From the NCBI GenBank assembly GCA_034436295.1, contig DAOTVT010000123.1:1-63432 (forward strand): 63,432 nucleotides of DNA, given 5' to 3'. The stretch comes from Anaerolineae bacterium. GTDB lineage: Bacteria; Chloroflexota; Anaerolineae; DTLA01. The translations under genes and the position numbers were made by a program. Under the pieces are notes generated by a model that saw only the letters and a program-made list of their open reading frames with translations, made no database searches and was not told where the DNA came from. How positions within the stretch are numbered: the stretch's first letter is position 1; every line of letters begins with the position of its first letter. Shown piece after piece: positions 1-8,074 of this stretch.

Positions 1-111
1 TACTCTCATCACCGGTGGCGTCAAAACTCGGTGAGACGCCACCCTTGGTTCAATGCGGCTTGCGTCTGGCTTTTGGCTATTCGTTCTGTTAAGGTTCACG
101 ATTTGACAAGA

Positions 112-300
112 ATTAGAACATCTCCGCTGGCGGAGAGGGGGAGGCCGAAGGCTGGGGGTGAGGTGCGAAGCCCTGCGGGCTATCCCAAGCCCCGAAGGGG
201 GCTTGGCCCGTAGCGCGGGGGTTTAGCCCCGCGCAGCCGAGCGCATGCGCGGCCAACCCTCACCCTAACCCTCTCCCGCTGGGAGAGGGGACGGCGCGGC
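112..300. repeat. Mosaic of GC-rich hairpin modules, including a partial inverted family-A copy (121..180)
   Basis: Shares CTCCGC.GGCGGAGAGGGGG, AAGCCCCGAAGGGGCTT and GCGCGGGG-N6-CCCCGCGC modules with 34840..34945 and 44570..44600. Confidence 0.7.
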
Positions 301-305
301 CCACC

Positions 306-2204
306 CTAGCGCGGCGCAAGTTCGTACACGTGTACCCGATCCTGCAGGATGGGGTTCACGGCCAGGTTCCCGCGAAGCCACCCGCTCACGCTCTCGCCCA
401 GCCACTTTGGCGATTCCTCCACCACGGCCACCTCGCGCAGGCGGCCATCGCGCAGGATGCTCTCCTCCACGGTGGCCCATGTCTGGCCCCGCACGTCGCC
501 CCAGCCCGCGTCGTAACTGCGCTCACCGACAAGAACGTGCGTAACGCCCCACGCCTGCAGAAGCGAGATGCACTCGGGCGAGGGGAAGCGGTCCAACACG
601 TCGCCATAAGCCGTGTACTCGGGCGGGTAGAACGTGCCGTGGCCGTAGGCGATCCTCCGCCCGTGCAGCGACGAGCGGTACAGCGCGTCGCCGTTCCACG
701 CGGCCACCAGCGGGAATCGCATCAGCACGGCGTCGGCGGGCAACGTCGCCAGGTAGTCCTCCAGCGGGCCGGGCGTGGTGTCGCTAAACCCAAATGGCAA
801 CGGCACTACCAGAAATTCAAACAGCACGAGCGCGGTCAGCGCGCCCGCCACCGCCAGTCGCCCGATCCGCCCCCTCCGCAGCACCGATGCCAGGCCCACC
901 CCGCCCAGGACGGTGACCCCGAACGTCGTGATGAGGCCGAATCGGTACAGCGTGCGCATGGCGCTGCCGAAGGGCAGGAACAGATAGACCAGCAGAGCCG
1001 GCAGAGGAATGGGAATCGCCCCGGGCCGGTGCAGGGAATAGTACGACACGGGGTTGAGGGCCAGCCGCTCGGTGAGGAAGTGCATGGCGCGGGCGAACAG
1101 GCGATCCACGCCATCGGGCACGGGCACGTACAGCCGCGCACCGCCCACGTGCAGCGTCGTACCCAGGGCCATCACGAAGGCCACACCCGCGATCAGCGCC
1201 AGGCCCGACACGAATCGCCCCGAACGCCGTCGCCACGCCAGCCATGCCAGGACCAGCGGCACAAATCCCACGAACACGAACCCAGGCGCATACCACGGGT
1301 ACGCGGGGACTTCCGCGCGCCGCTCCAGAAACCAGCGCCCCCACAGCGGGTGGTAGATGTTCGGGTAGAAGAAGTCCTCTAGGCTCGCGGACCACTTCTC
1401 CACATCGCCCAGCGACCAGGCCAGGCCGCTCTGGGCGCTGGTCAACGCCGGCAGGGCCGCCGGCAGCACCAGCACCGCCGTAACCGCCGCCATCGCCGCC
1501 AGGTGCAGCCACGTCTGCCGCCGCGCGAAGGTCGCCTTCCACGGCCACAGCCGCCACAGCAGGTAGAGCGCCGCCGAAATCCCCACGATGTAGGCATAGT
1601 ACCACGATGACAGCGCGTTCAGGGCCAGGAAGCACCCCGCCAGGACCGCGTCCCGCGCACGGCGACCCCGTAGCCACCGCTCCAGGAACAGGAACAGCAG
1701 CGGCAGCCACTGCGTGGCAATGAGCGGGAGCCAGCCCGCGGCCATGGCGCCGATGCGGTAGGGCGCGTAGGTGAACGCCACGGCGGCAAACACCCCCGCC
1801 GCGCGGCTCCGCGTGAGATACAGGACGAGAGCGTAGGTCGCCACGCTGGTGAGGAAAAACGTCAGCAGCACGAACACGTTGTACGCCACCGTGGGGGTGA
1901 AGACCAACAGGAGCGGGGCCAACAGCGCCTTGTTGGCGATCATCGTCTCCGAAAGCGTCAGGTTGTAGCCGAACGGATAGAAGATGTTGGGGTTGAACAG
2001 CAGCGCCGCCTTGCCCATCATGGCCTGGCGCAGGTACCAGACGTCGTACAACCATCCCAGGTTATCCCAGGGCGGGCCGGGGATCGCTCGGTCTATGACC
2101 GTTACGAGTGGGTACGTCATCGCCACGGGCAGGGCGGCGAACAACGCAATCGCAAGGCCGTGCCGCCGAACTGAACGGAGAAAACGATTCAGCCCGCGGC
2201 GCAT
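306..2204 (-). CDS. Polytopic membrane protein, putative GT-C-fold (ArnT/PMT-like) polyprenyl-phosphate-sugar-dependent glycosyltransferase
   Basis: ORF 306..2633 trimmed to the internal ATG at 2204 (MRRGLNRFL...), 5 nt after the stop of the upstream GT2 gene. Many hydrophobic segments followed by a soluble C-terminal domain. Function inferred from topology and operon context only. Confidence 0.65.
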   Translation of the reverse strand: MRRGLNRFLRSVRRHGLAIALFAALPVAMTYPLVTVIDRAIPGPPWDNLGWLYDVWYLRQAMMGKAALLFNPNIFYPFGYNLTLSETMIANKALLAPLLLVFTPTVAYNVFVLLTFFLTSVATYALVLYLTRSRAAGVFAAVAFTYAPYRIGAMAAGWLPLIATQWLPLLFLFLERWLRGRRARDAVLAGCFLALNALSSWYYAYIVGISAALYLLWRLWPWKATFARRQTWLHLAAMAAVTAVLVLPAALPALTSAQSGLAWSLGDVEKWSASLEDFFYPNIYHPLWGRWFLERRAEVPAYPWYAPGFVFVGFVPLVLAWLAWRRRSGRFVSGLALIAGVAFVMALGTTLHVGGARLYVPVPDGVDRLFARAMHFLTERLALNPVSYYSLHRPGAIPIPLPALLVYLFLPFGSAMRTLYRFGLITTFGVTVLGGVGLASVLRRGRIGRLAVAGALTALVLFEFLVVPLPFGFSDTTPGPLEDYLATLPADAVLMRFPLVAAWNGDALYRSSLHGRRIAYGHGTFYPPEYTAYGDVLDRFPSPECISLLQAWGVTHVLVGERSYDAGWGDVRGQTWATVEESILRDGRLREVAVVEESPKWLGESVSGWLRGNLAVNPILQDRVHVYELAPR

Positions 2205-2209
2205 GGGCG

Positions 2210-2962
2210 TTACTCCGTGGCGGGGTTGGCCGGGGCGGGTGAGGGCGTAGCCCTCCACCCCGCGGGCGCAGGCTTTCTCCCCCGGAACAGGTGGGCGGCC
2301 TTCTTGCGAAACAGGAACGCGAGATTCTGAAACCCGTCCCGCCACAGGTTGAGTTTGCTCTCGCCCACCCGCGGGCGGTAGTAGATGGGGACCTCGGCGC
2401 ACTTGAGTTCTTTGCGCGTGAAGGCCTCTATCTTGAGTTCCTCCGACAGCGCCATGCCGTCGCTGGTCAGGTCCAGCAGGGGCAGGATGTCGCGGCGAAA
2501 GACCCACATCCCCGACTGCGAGTCTTTGATGTAGAACCAGAACAGCGCCGCCTGCATCACGCCCAGCAGCCAATTGCCGAACACGCGAAGGGGCGTGCCC
2601 GTGCCGCGGCTCTTGTGGCCCGTGCGGTCGCATGTGATGAAGTCCAGATTCTCGTCCAGCAGCACGTCCAGCAGCAGGGGGATGAACCCGCGCGGATAGG
2701 TGCCGTCGCCGTCCATGGTAACGATGATGTCGCCGGTGGCGTGTTGGAAGCCGGTCTTGTAGGCCGCGCCGTAGCCCTGCTTCGTCTCCACGACGACGCG
2801 GGCGCCCAGCCGCCGCGCCACCTCTGCCGTGCGGTCGGTGGAGTTGTTGTCCACCACGATGACCTCATCCACGCACGCGGGCATATCGCTGAGGATGATC
2901 GCCACGCCTGCCTCTTCGTTGTAGCACGGGGTTACGACCGAGATGCGATGCCCTTTGTACAT
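2210..2962 (-). CDS. GT2 family glycosyltransferase, DPM1/GtrB-like polyprenol-phosphate glycosyltransferase
   Basis: N-terminus ISVVTPCYNEE...VIVVDNNSTDRT...DGDGTYP is a typical GT-A/GT2 signature. ATG at 2962 lies 3 nt after the stop of the rSAM gene. Confidence 0.85.
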   Translation of the reverse strand: MYKGHRISVVTPCYNEEAGVAIILSDMPACVDEVIVVDNNSTDRTAEVARRLGARVVVETKQGYGAAYKTGFQHATGDIIVTMDGDGTYPRGFIPLLLDVLLDENLDFITCDRTGHKSRGTGTPLRVFGNWLLGVMQAALFWFYIKDSQSGMWVFRRDILPLLDLTSDGMALSEELKIEAFTRKELKCAEVPIYYRPRVGESKLNLWRDGFQNLAFLFRKKAAHLFRGRKPAPAGWRATPSPAPANPATE

Positions 2963-2965
2963 GCG

Positions 2966-4138
2966 TTACTCCTCGTGCGCAGGTTTGGCGACGCCCTCGT
3001 GCAGTCGGCCCGATTCCAGCGGCGAAATGCGGTGGCGCACCTTGGCTGCCTTCAGGGCCAGGTATTCCTTGAACACCTGGGGCAGAACCAACGGGTTGAA
3101 CAGGATGTTCACCGTCAGGAAGCACTCGTAGGTGCAGAAGCATTTGGTCTCGCGGATGTCGCGGCGCATCTCGTCGGCGCGCTGGCTGAACCAGACCTTG
3201 CCGAAGTCGTAGTCGTAGTCGCGCACGTTGGCGATCATGCGGTCGGGGCGCACCTCGCAGGGCAGCACCTGCCCGCGGCTGAACATGGCCCCGCCCAGCG
3301 TGCCCGCGTAGCACGGAATCTGATACCGGTTCTCGCGCACCGTCTTGGCGATGATGCGCGGGCGCACGATGCGCTTGGCGTTGAGCACGTCCGAGAACGG
3401 CATCTTGTAGTAGCCCGACAGAATCCGCGCCTTGTTGTCGCGCTCCAGCGCCCGATGCAGTTCCTCGTAGCGGGCGATGTCAAAATCCTTGGTCATGGGG
3501 TCGGCCGGCTCGCCCCGCGTGAGGAGCGTGAACACCGTGTTGACGCCCAGTTCCTTGCCCAGGTAGTCGTACAGCGGCAGTAGCCGATCCTGGTTCAGCG
3601 CCGAGACCGTGATCTGGACGCACACGCTGAAGTTGGGATAGTGCTTCTCCAGCCGCCGCAGTTCCTTGTAGGTGCGCACCGCCTTGTCAAACAGCCCTGG
3701 CGTATTGCGGATGCGGTCGTGATCCTCGCCGATGCCGTCTATGGACACGTCAATGTGCAGGTCAATGTTGGGGTTCTGGCGCAGCATCGTCTCGGTCGTC
3801 TCCACGATGCGGCCCGTCAGGCTGCCGTTGGTGGGGATGCCCACGTTGGCGGCGTGATTGTTGACCTTGAAGATGTGGACGATTTCGGCCAGGTCCTTGC
3901 GGATGAACGGCTCGCCACCGGTAGGCGTGAAGAACAGCATATCGCCCATGGACGCCGAGATCTTCTCAATCTCGTCCACGGTCAGTTCGTCCTTGACCCA
4001 TTCGGTCCTCTGGCCCAGCAGGCAGTGGCTGCAATGGGCGTTGCAGTTCTCGGTAACGAAGAAGACGAAGTAGAGAGGCATCGCCCCGCGCTTGTAGAAC
4101 ATGCGAGGGGTGTACTTCAGGTAGTTCCAAATGCTCAT
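2966..4138 (-). CDS. Radical SAM protein with C-terminal Cys-rich (SPASM/twitch-like) extension
   Basis: CNAHCSHC (CX3CX2C) at 4022..4045. C-terminal cysteines (CYAG...PCE...CFCTYEC). ORF trimmed to the ATG at 4138 (MSIWNYL...). Confidence 0.85.
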   Translation of the reverse strand: MSIWNYLKYTPRMFYKRGAMPLYFVFFVTENCNAHCSHCLLGQRTEWVKDELTVDEIEKISASMGDMLFFTPTGGEPFIRKDLAEIVHIFKVNNHAANVGIPTNGSLTGRIVETTETMLRQNPNIDLHIDVSIDGIGEDHDRIRNTPGLFDKAVRTYKELRRLEKHYPNFSVCVQITVSALNQDRLLPLYDYLGKELGVNTVFTLLTRGEPADPMTKDFDIARYEELHRALERDNKARILSGYYKMPFSDVLNAKRIVRPRIIAKTVRENRYQIPCYAGTLGGAMFSRGQVLPCEVRPDRMIANVRDYDYDFGKVWFSQRADEMRRDIRETKCFCTYECFLTVNILFNPLVLPQVFKEYLALKAAKVRHRISPLESGRLHEGVAKPAHEE

Positions 4139-4211
4139 GTGCGCACCCTTTCCCAGCGGCGGGATGGCTCCTGACCGCCAACGTAATCTAATGTCAACAC
4201 CGGCGCGGCGC

Positions 4212-5201
4212 TCAATATCGCACCCCGCGCGCAAAATCCACGATCCCCTTCAGCGCCCCCACGCCCGAAACCCACAAGTTCAGCGGCAGGAACAGCGCGC
4301 TCTGGAGAAGAAAGCGCATCCCTCGCGTCCGGCCCAGGAACGCCAGAAACGGCGCGTTGAGTGCCCAGATGGCCGCCAGCGCCAGCACCGCCGCCCCGCC
4401 CGCTTGCGCCGGCCACACCAGCGTCAGCGCCAGCGCTGCCAGCATGACGGCCGAGACCGGCACCGACAGTTGAAAGAACCAGGGCACCGATGCGTAGTAC
4501 TTCCGTCCCGTGCGCCCCAGTTTATTGCGGATGAGCGTTTTGGTCAAACCAGCCGACCGCGCAATATCCGTGAGGATGAGGCTTCCCAACGTGTACCGCT
4601 TCAGGTGCATCACCTGAAGCCGCTTGTCCAGCCGCACGCGATAGCCCTCAGTCAACAGACGCATCCCCAGTTCAATGTCCTCGGTAACCGACGGGCCGGT
4701 GTAGTGCGGGTCAAACCCGCCCAGCGCCTGGAACACTGCCTTTCGGGCCGCGGCCGCGCTGGTGTAGAACACCCCCACGTATTCGGGCAGGCGGGCATAC
4801 GTGTAGTGCATCCACAGGTTCTTGAACTGCGAGGGGAACTCGGGGTAGGGCATGGCTTTGTCCAGCAGGCCCACCACCGCGTCCACTGTCGGGTCTTGCA
4901 GGTCTTCGGCCACAAGCGACAGGGTATTGGGACGGACGAGCACGTCGGAGTCTATGAAGAAGACGACATCGCCGAGCGCGGCCGCTGCGCCCGTGTTCTT
5001 GGCGGCGGCAGCGCCACGGTTGCGCTCGTGGCAGATGACGCGGCAGGGGAATCGGGCCGCGATCTGGGGCGTGGCGTCGGTGGAGCAATCGTCCACGACG
5101 ATGACCTCGTAGTCGCCGTAGTCCGAGCGGAACACGGCTTCCAGGCACTGCTCCAGCGTGGCCGCGCCGTTGTAGGTTGGGATGATGACCGATATCTTCA
5201 T
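4212..5201 (-). CDS. GT2 family glycosyltransferase with C-terminal transmembrane segments
   Basis: MKISVIIPTYNGAATLEQCL...VIVVDDCSTDAT...FIDSD motifs. Hydrophobic C-terminal ~90 aa. Trimmed to the ATG at 5201. Confidence 0.85.
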   Translation of the reverse strand: MKISVIIPTYNGAATLEQCLEAVFRSDYGDYEVIVVDDCSTDATPQIAARFPCRVICHERNRGAAAAKNTGAAAALGDVVFFIDSDVLVRPNTLSLVAEDLQDPTVDAVVGLLDKAMPYPEFPSQFKNLWMHYTYARLPEYVGVFYTSAAAARKAVFQALGGFDPHYTGPSVTEDIELGMRLLTEGYRVRLDKRLQVMHLKRYTLGSLILTDIARSAGLTKTLIRNKLGRTGRKYYASVPWFFQLSVPVSAVMLAALALTLVWPAQAGGAAVLALAAIWALNAPFLAFLGRTRGMRFLLQSALFLPLNLWVSGVGALKGIVDFARGVRY

Positions 5202-5226
5202 GTACACCCCTGCTGGCGAAATGCGC

Positions 5227-6126
5227 TCATCGCGGAGACCCACGGGGCGCAGAGCGAAACAGGGTTTTCCTCTCCGTCCTCGGCGCTCTCTGCGGTGAGC
5301 ACGGGTTGGCGTAGCAATACAAGCACCCGTTGGGGCAGCGCTGCCGGTACGAGCCGATGTCCACGCTGAGGGTGCAGCCGCAACCGGCGCGCTGGCCCTT
5401 GTCGGGGCGCGGGTCGGCGGGCAGGCCCCGCGGGTGCAGCGCGGTCAGCAGCGCCGCGTCTATGCAGTGGGATTGCGCCGCGCCCGCCTCCAGCAGGAAC
5501 GGGTCGCAGCACGCCCGAAGCGACAGGCCGTACCGCCCGGCCAGGGCCAGCAGATGCCGCCCGATGTCCACCTTCTCCTCGCGCGGCGGGTCGTGCCACG
5601 GCCAGTCGCGCCGCCGCACCTTGTCGTACATCTGGGCGAATGACGAGATCACTCGCGTGATGCCGCGCTCGGCCACGGCGCGGAAAATCGGCTCGGCGAA
5701 GGGCAGGTTGCTCCGCACCGCGCCCGCCTCGGTCCAGTGCACGATGGGGTCAAACCGCACGGCCACCCGCCGCGCATCGCCCACGAAGGCCACGAGCGCA
5801 TCCAGTTGCTCCACGGCCTCGGGCCAGGGAGGAACCGAAGGTTCCAGCGCCGAGCCGCCCAACCCCGTGATGGTGAACAGCGCGTAGCACTGGTCGTAGC
5901 GCGCCAGGGCATCGCGCAGGCCGCCGCGATTGGCCAGAAGCGGGCCGAAGTCCTTGGACCACAGGACGATGGTGTGGACATCTTCCGGCCGCAGCGACAC
6001 ATGCCGCGAGCCGCGCCCGTAGGGCAAAGGCACGTCCACCTCGCCCGCCCGAATCGCATCGGCAAGCCACTCGGGATAACAGCGGGGCAAATCGGTGCGG
6101 CGCGACGCGGAAATGACCACGCGCAT
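5227..6126 (-). CDS. DUF1848 domain protein
   Basis: N-terminus VISASRRTDLP and C-terminus CGC..S.DIG.Y..CPNGCLYCYAN match my memory of DUF1848. CX3CX2C at the extreme C-terminus (5314..5337). Confidence 0.8.
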   Translation of the reverse strand: MRVVISASRRTDLPRCYPEWLADAIRAGEVDVPLPYGRGSRHVSLRPEDVHTIVLWSKDFGPLLANRGGLRDALARYDQCYALFTITGLGGSALEPSVPPWPEAVEQLDALVAFVGDARRVAVRFDPIVHWTEAGAVRSNLPFAEPIFRAVAERGITRVISSFAQMYDKVRRRDWPWHDPPREEKVDIGRHLLALAGRYGLSLRACCDPFLLEAGAAQSHCIDAALLTALHPRGLPADPRPDKGQRAGCGCTLSVDIGSYRQRCPNGCLYCYANPCSPQRAPRTERKTLFRSAPRGSPR

Positions 6127-6129
6127 GGG

Positions 6130-6558
6130 CTAGGCTCCCTCCCAGCGCGTCGCCGCGCCGCCCGTCAGCGACCGCATCATCTCGCCGTCGGGCCTGGCGT
6201 GGAAGTGCGCCAGATGGCTCGCGCAGCGGCAGTCGGACGCGCCGAACCCGTGGGCAGGGATGTGCGCGCCGGGCCACAGCACGAGCCGCCGCGCCCATTC
6301 GCATTCCCATTCGCGGGGCAGCGGCGCGGCCCACGCCCCCGCCCATTCCGCCGCCGCGCGCAGGTAGTCCACGTGCCAGCGCATCGCCTTGCGCGGCGCG
6401 AGGTGGCGGCGCAGGCGGGCGTCCAGACCGCCCGGCCCGTGCGCCGAGCCGACGTACACGTACCAGCCGGCCGGGAACGCAATCCGGCCCAGCGCGCCCA
6501 CGTCCAGCGAGCGGGCGACGGGCAGGTGAAGCACGAGCAGGTACACGCCCTTGTCCAT
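6130..6558 (-). CDS. DUF123 / GIY-YIG (Uri) superfamily nuclease-like protein
   Basis: GWYVYVGSA...L..RLRRH......MRWHVDYL pattern typical of DUF123. Stop lies 3 nt before the DUF1848 start. Confidence 0.75.
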   Translation of the reverse strand: MDKGVYLLVLHLPVARSLDVGALGRIAFPAGWYVYVGSAHGPGGLDARLRRHLAPRKAMRWHVDYLRAAAEWAGAWAAPLPREWECEWARRLVLWPGAHIPAHGFGASDCRCASHLAHFHARPDGEMMRSLTGGAATRWEGA

Positions 6559-6564
6559 GGCTGT

Positions 6565-6592
6565 ATTATACGCTGGGGCGGCACGCGGTCAA
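6565..6592 (-). promoter_or_regulatory. Sigma70-like promoter TTGACC-16-TATAAT, probably giving a leaderless DUF123 mRNA
   Basis: -10 at 6565..6570, -35 at 6587..6592. Only 6 nt between the -10 and the A of the ATG at 6558. Confidence 0.5.
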
Positions 6593-6622
6593 CCGACCAG
6601 GTGTGCCCAACGCGGTTTTGCC

Positions 6623-6782
6623 ACCGAGGACGCCGAGCCCGCGGCGAACCAAGCAACCGCGAATCCGCGCGAATGGACGCGAATTTGCCCCAGCCCGCAG
6701 GGCTTCGCACCTCGCCCCCGGCCTTCGGCCGCCCCCTCGCCGCGCGCGGAGAGGGGGAACGAGGGGGTGAGGTCAGCATGCA
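6623..6782 (+). repeat. Family-A interspersed element (~160 bp), copy 1
   Basis: Near-identical by eye to 34681..34839 and, inverted, to 44270..44399. Contains (CGCGAAT-N3)x3 and a CCCCCTC.CC/GGAGAGGGGG hairpin. Confidence 0.8.
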
Positions 6783-6792
6783 CCGCGCGCCC

Positions 6793-8073
6793 CTAGCCCG
6801 CCCTTCGGGCCAGCATGGCGCGGTCGGCGCTCAGCGCCTCCTCCAGCCGCTCGCCATTCCGCACCACGTAGGTGGGAATCTGGTGCAGCGCCAACTCGGC
6901 CAGCACCGCATCGCTGGCGGGGGCCTCGCCGAAGGTGCTGGCGGCCACGTGCACCGCGACGGCCCGCAGCCCACGCCGCCGCAGGTGGTTCAGCACCTGC
7001 ACCCAGCGCAGGTCGGTTGACGGCGTGATCACCACAACCGACGTCCCGCGCGGCAGACCCATCCCTTCCGCGGCCAGTACCTGCGCCAACGGCACCTGCC
7101 CGCGCGCCCGAACCACCGCCAGCGTCTCCATAATCTTGCCCAGTTGGCGGTCGCCGCGGTCCGGCTGGATGAACTCTCGGTGCGCGGATTGGGCAGCCAG
7201 GCCCACCGCCCGATTCCGCGACAGGAAATGCTTCGCCAGACATGCGGTTACCGACACCACGTACTCTTCCGTGCTCGGTTCCAGCACGCGCGGGGCCTCC
7301 TTCATCAGGACCGCCGGCACCAGCCACTCGTCCGCCGACTCGGCCACCCTGCCCACCTGAACGGCGCTGTGCATGTCGGGGAACAGCCACAGGTCGGCCA
7401 GGGGATCCAGTTCAAACTCCTTGACGATGAGCCTGTCGTGCCGCGCGGTGGACTTCCAGTGAATGCGGTTGAACCCGTCGCCGGGTTCGTAGTCGCGCAC
7501 GCCCGACACGTTCGTGGTGATATGGTGCGTCCTGCGGCGCAGGGCGTCGCCGCCGGGGAGTTCGCCGCCTGGCGGGAGGAAGGCCGGGAGGTCCACCGTG
7601 TAGGGGTACACCACCACCGACGCGGTGGCCTCTACGCGGCGCGTGATGCGGAACAGCCCGAAGGCGTCGCCGCTGGTCAGTTCCACCGGCCCCAGCCGGA
7701 ACCGCCCGCGGCGCTGGCACAACGTGCGCACGGTCCAGCCCCGCTTGCGCCTCGGCCCCAGCGAGGTTACCACGCGGCTGGCGCGGTGCCCGGGCAACTC
7801 GGACAGGTCGCGCACCTCCAGCCAGAGTTTGGGAACCAGGCTGGTATTGCGCACGGTGAACTGTTCTTCTACGTAGCGCCCCACCTGCGAGCGGTGCGCG
7901 GGGGTATGCCGAACGAACTCCACCGAGCGCGCGCCCACCCTGGCCCAGGCATACGCCACCGCCACCGTCAGCGTAACTACGTAGGCGATCTGGTCGTACA
8001 GCGGCTGCACCGTCGTAACCGCCACGACCAGCGCCGCCACAACCACCAGAACGATGCTAATGGTGCGCTTCAC
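6793..8073 (-). CDS. DUF58 domain protein (MoxR-associated, vWA-like)
   Basis: N-terminal TM segments, then GDAFGLF...GVRDYEPGDGFNRIHWKSTAR...L.VKEFE core. GTG start 1 nt after the rSAM stop. Confidence 0.85.
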   Translation of the reverse strand: MKRTISIVLVVVAALVVAVTTVQPLYDQIAYVVTLTVAVAYAWARVGARSVEFVRHTPAHRSQVGRYVEEQFTVRNTSLVPKLWLEVRDLSELPGHRASRVVTSLGPRRKRGWTVRTLCQRRGRFRLGPVELTSGDAFGLFRITRRVEATASVVVYPYTVDLPAFLPPGGELPGGDALRRRTHHITTNVSGVRDYEPGDGFNRIHWKSTARHDRLIVKEFELDPLADLWLFPDMHSAVQVGRVAESADEWLVPAVLMKEAPRVLEPSTEEYVVSVTACLAKHFLSRNRAVGLAAQSAHREFIQPDRGDRQLGKIMETLAVVRARGQVPLAQVLAAEGMGLPRGTSVVVITPSTDLRWVQVLNHLRRRGLRAVAVHVAASTFGEAPASDAVLAELALHQIPTYVVRNGERLEEALSADRAMLARRAG

Positions 8074-8074
8074 T

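Noticed and set aside
1-111. tRNA-like or terminator-like signals (GGTTCAAT; hairpin GGTGGCGTC-N12-GACGCCACC).
   Set aside because: No cloverleaf can be drawn. The hairpin lacks a clear U-tract, and the upstream gene lies outside the window.
2205-2633. N-terminal extension of the membrane protein ORF. Similar extensions occur on many ORFs, e.g. 4139..4234, 17865..17882, 19242..19430, 42201..42506, 47000..47179 and 49117..49503.
   Set aside because: The extensions overlap upstream genes or repeats, are Arg/Pro-rich, and lack an SD. Internal starts have GGAGG-type sites and match the conserved family N-termini.
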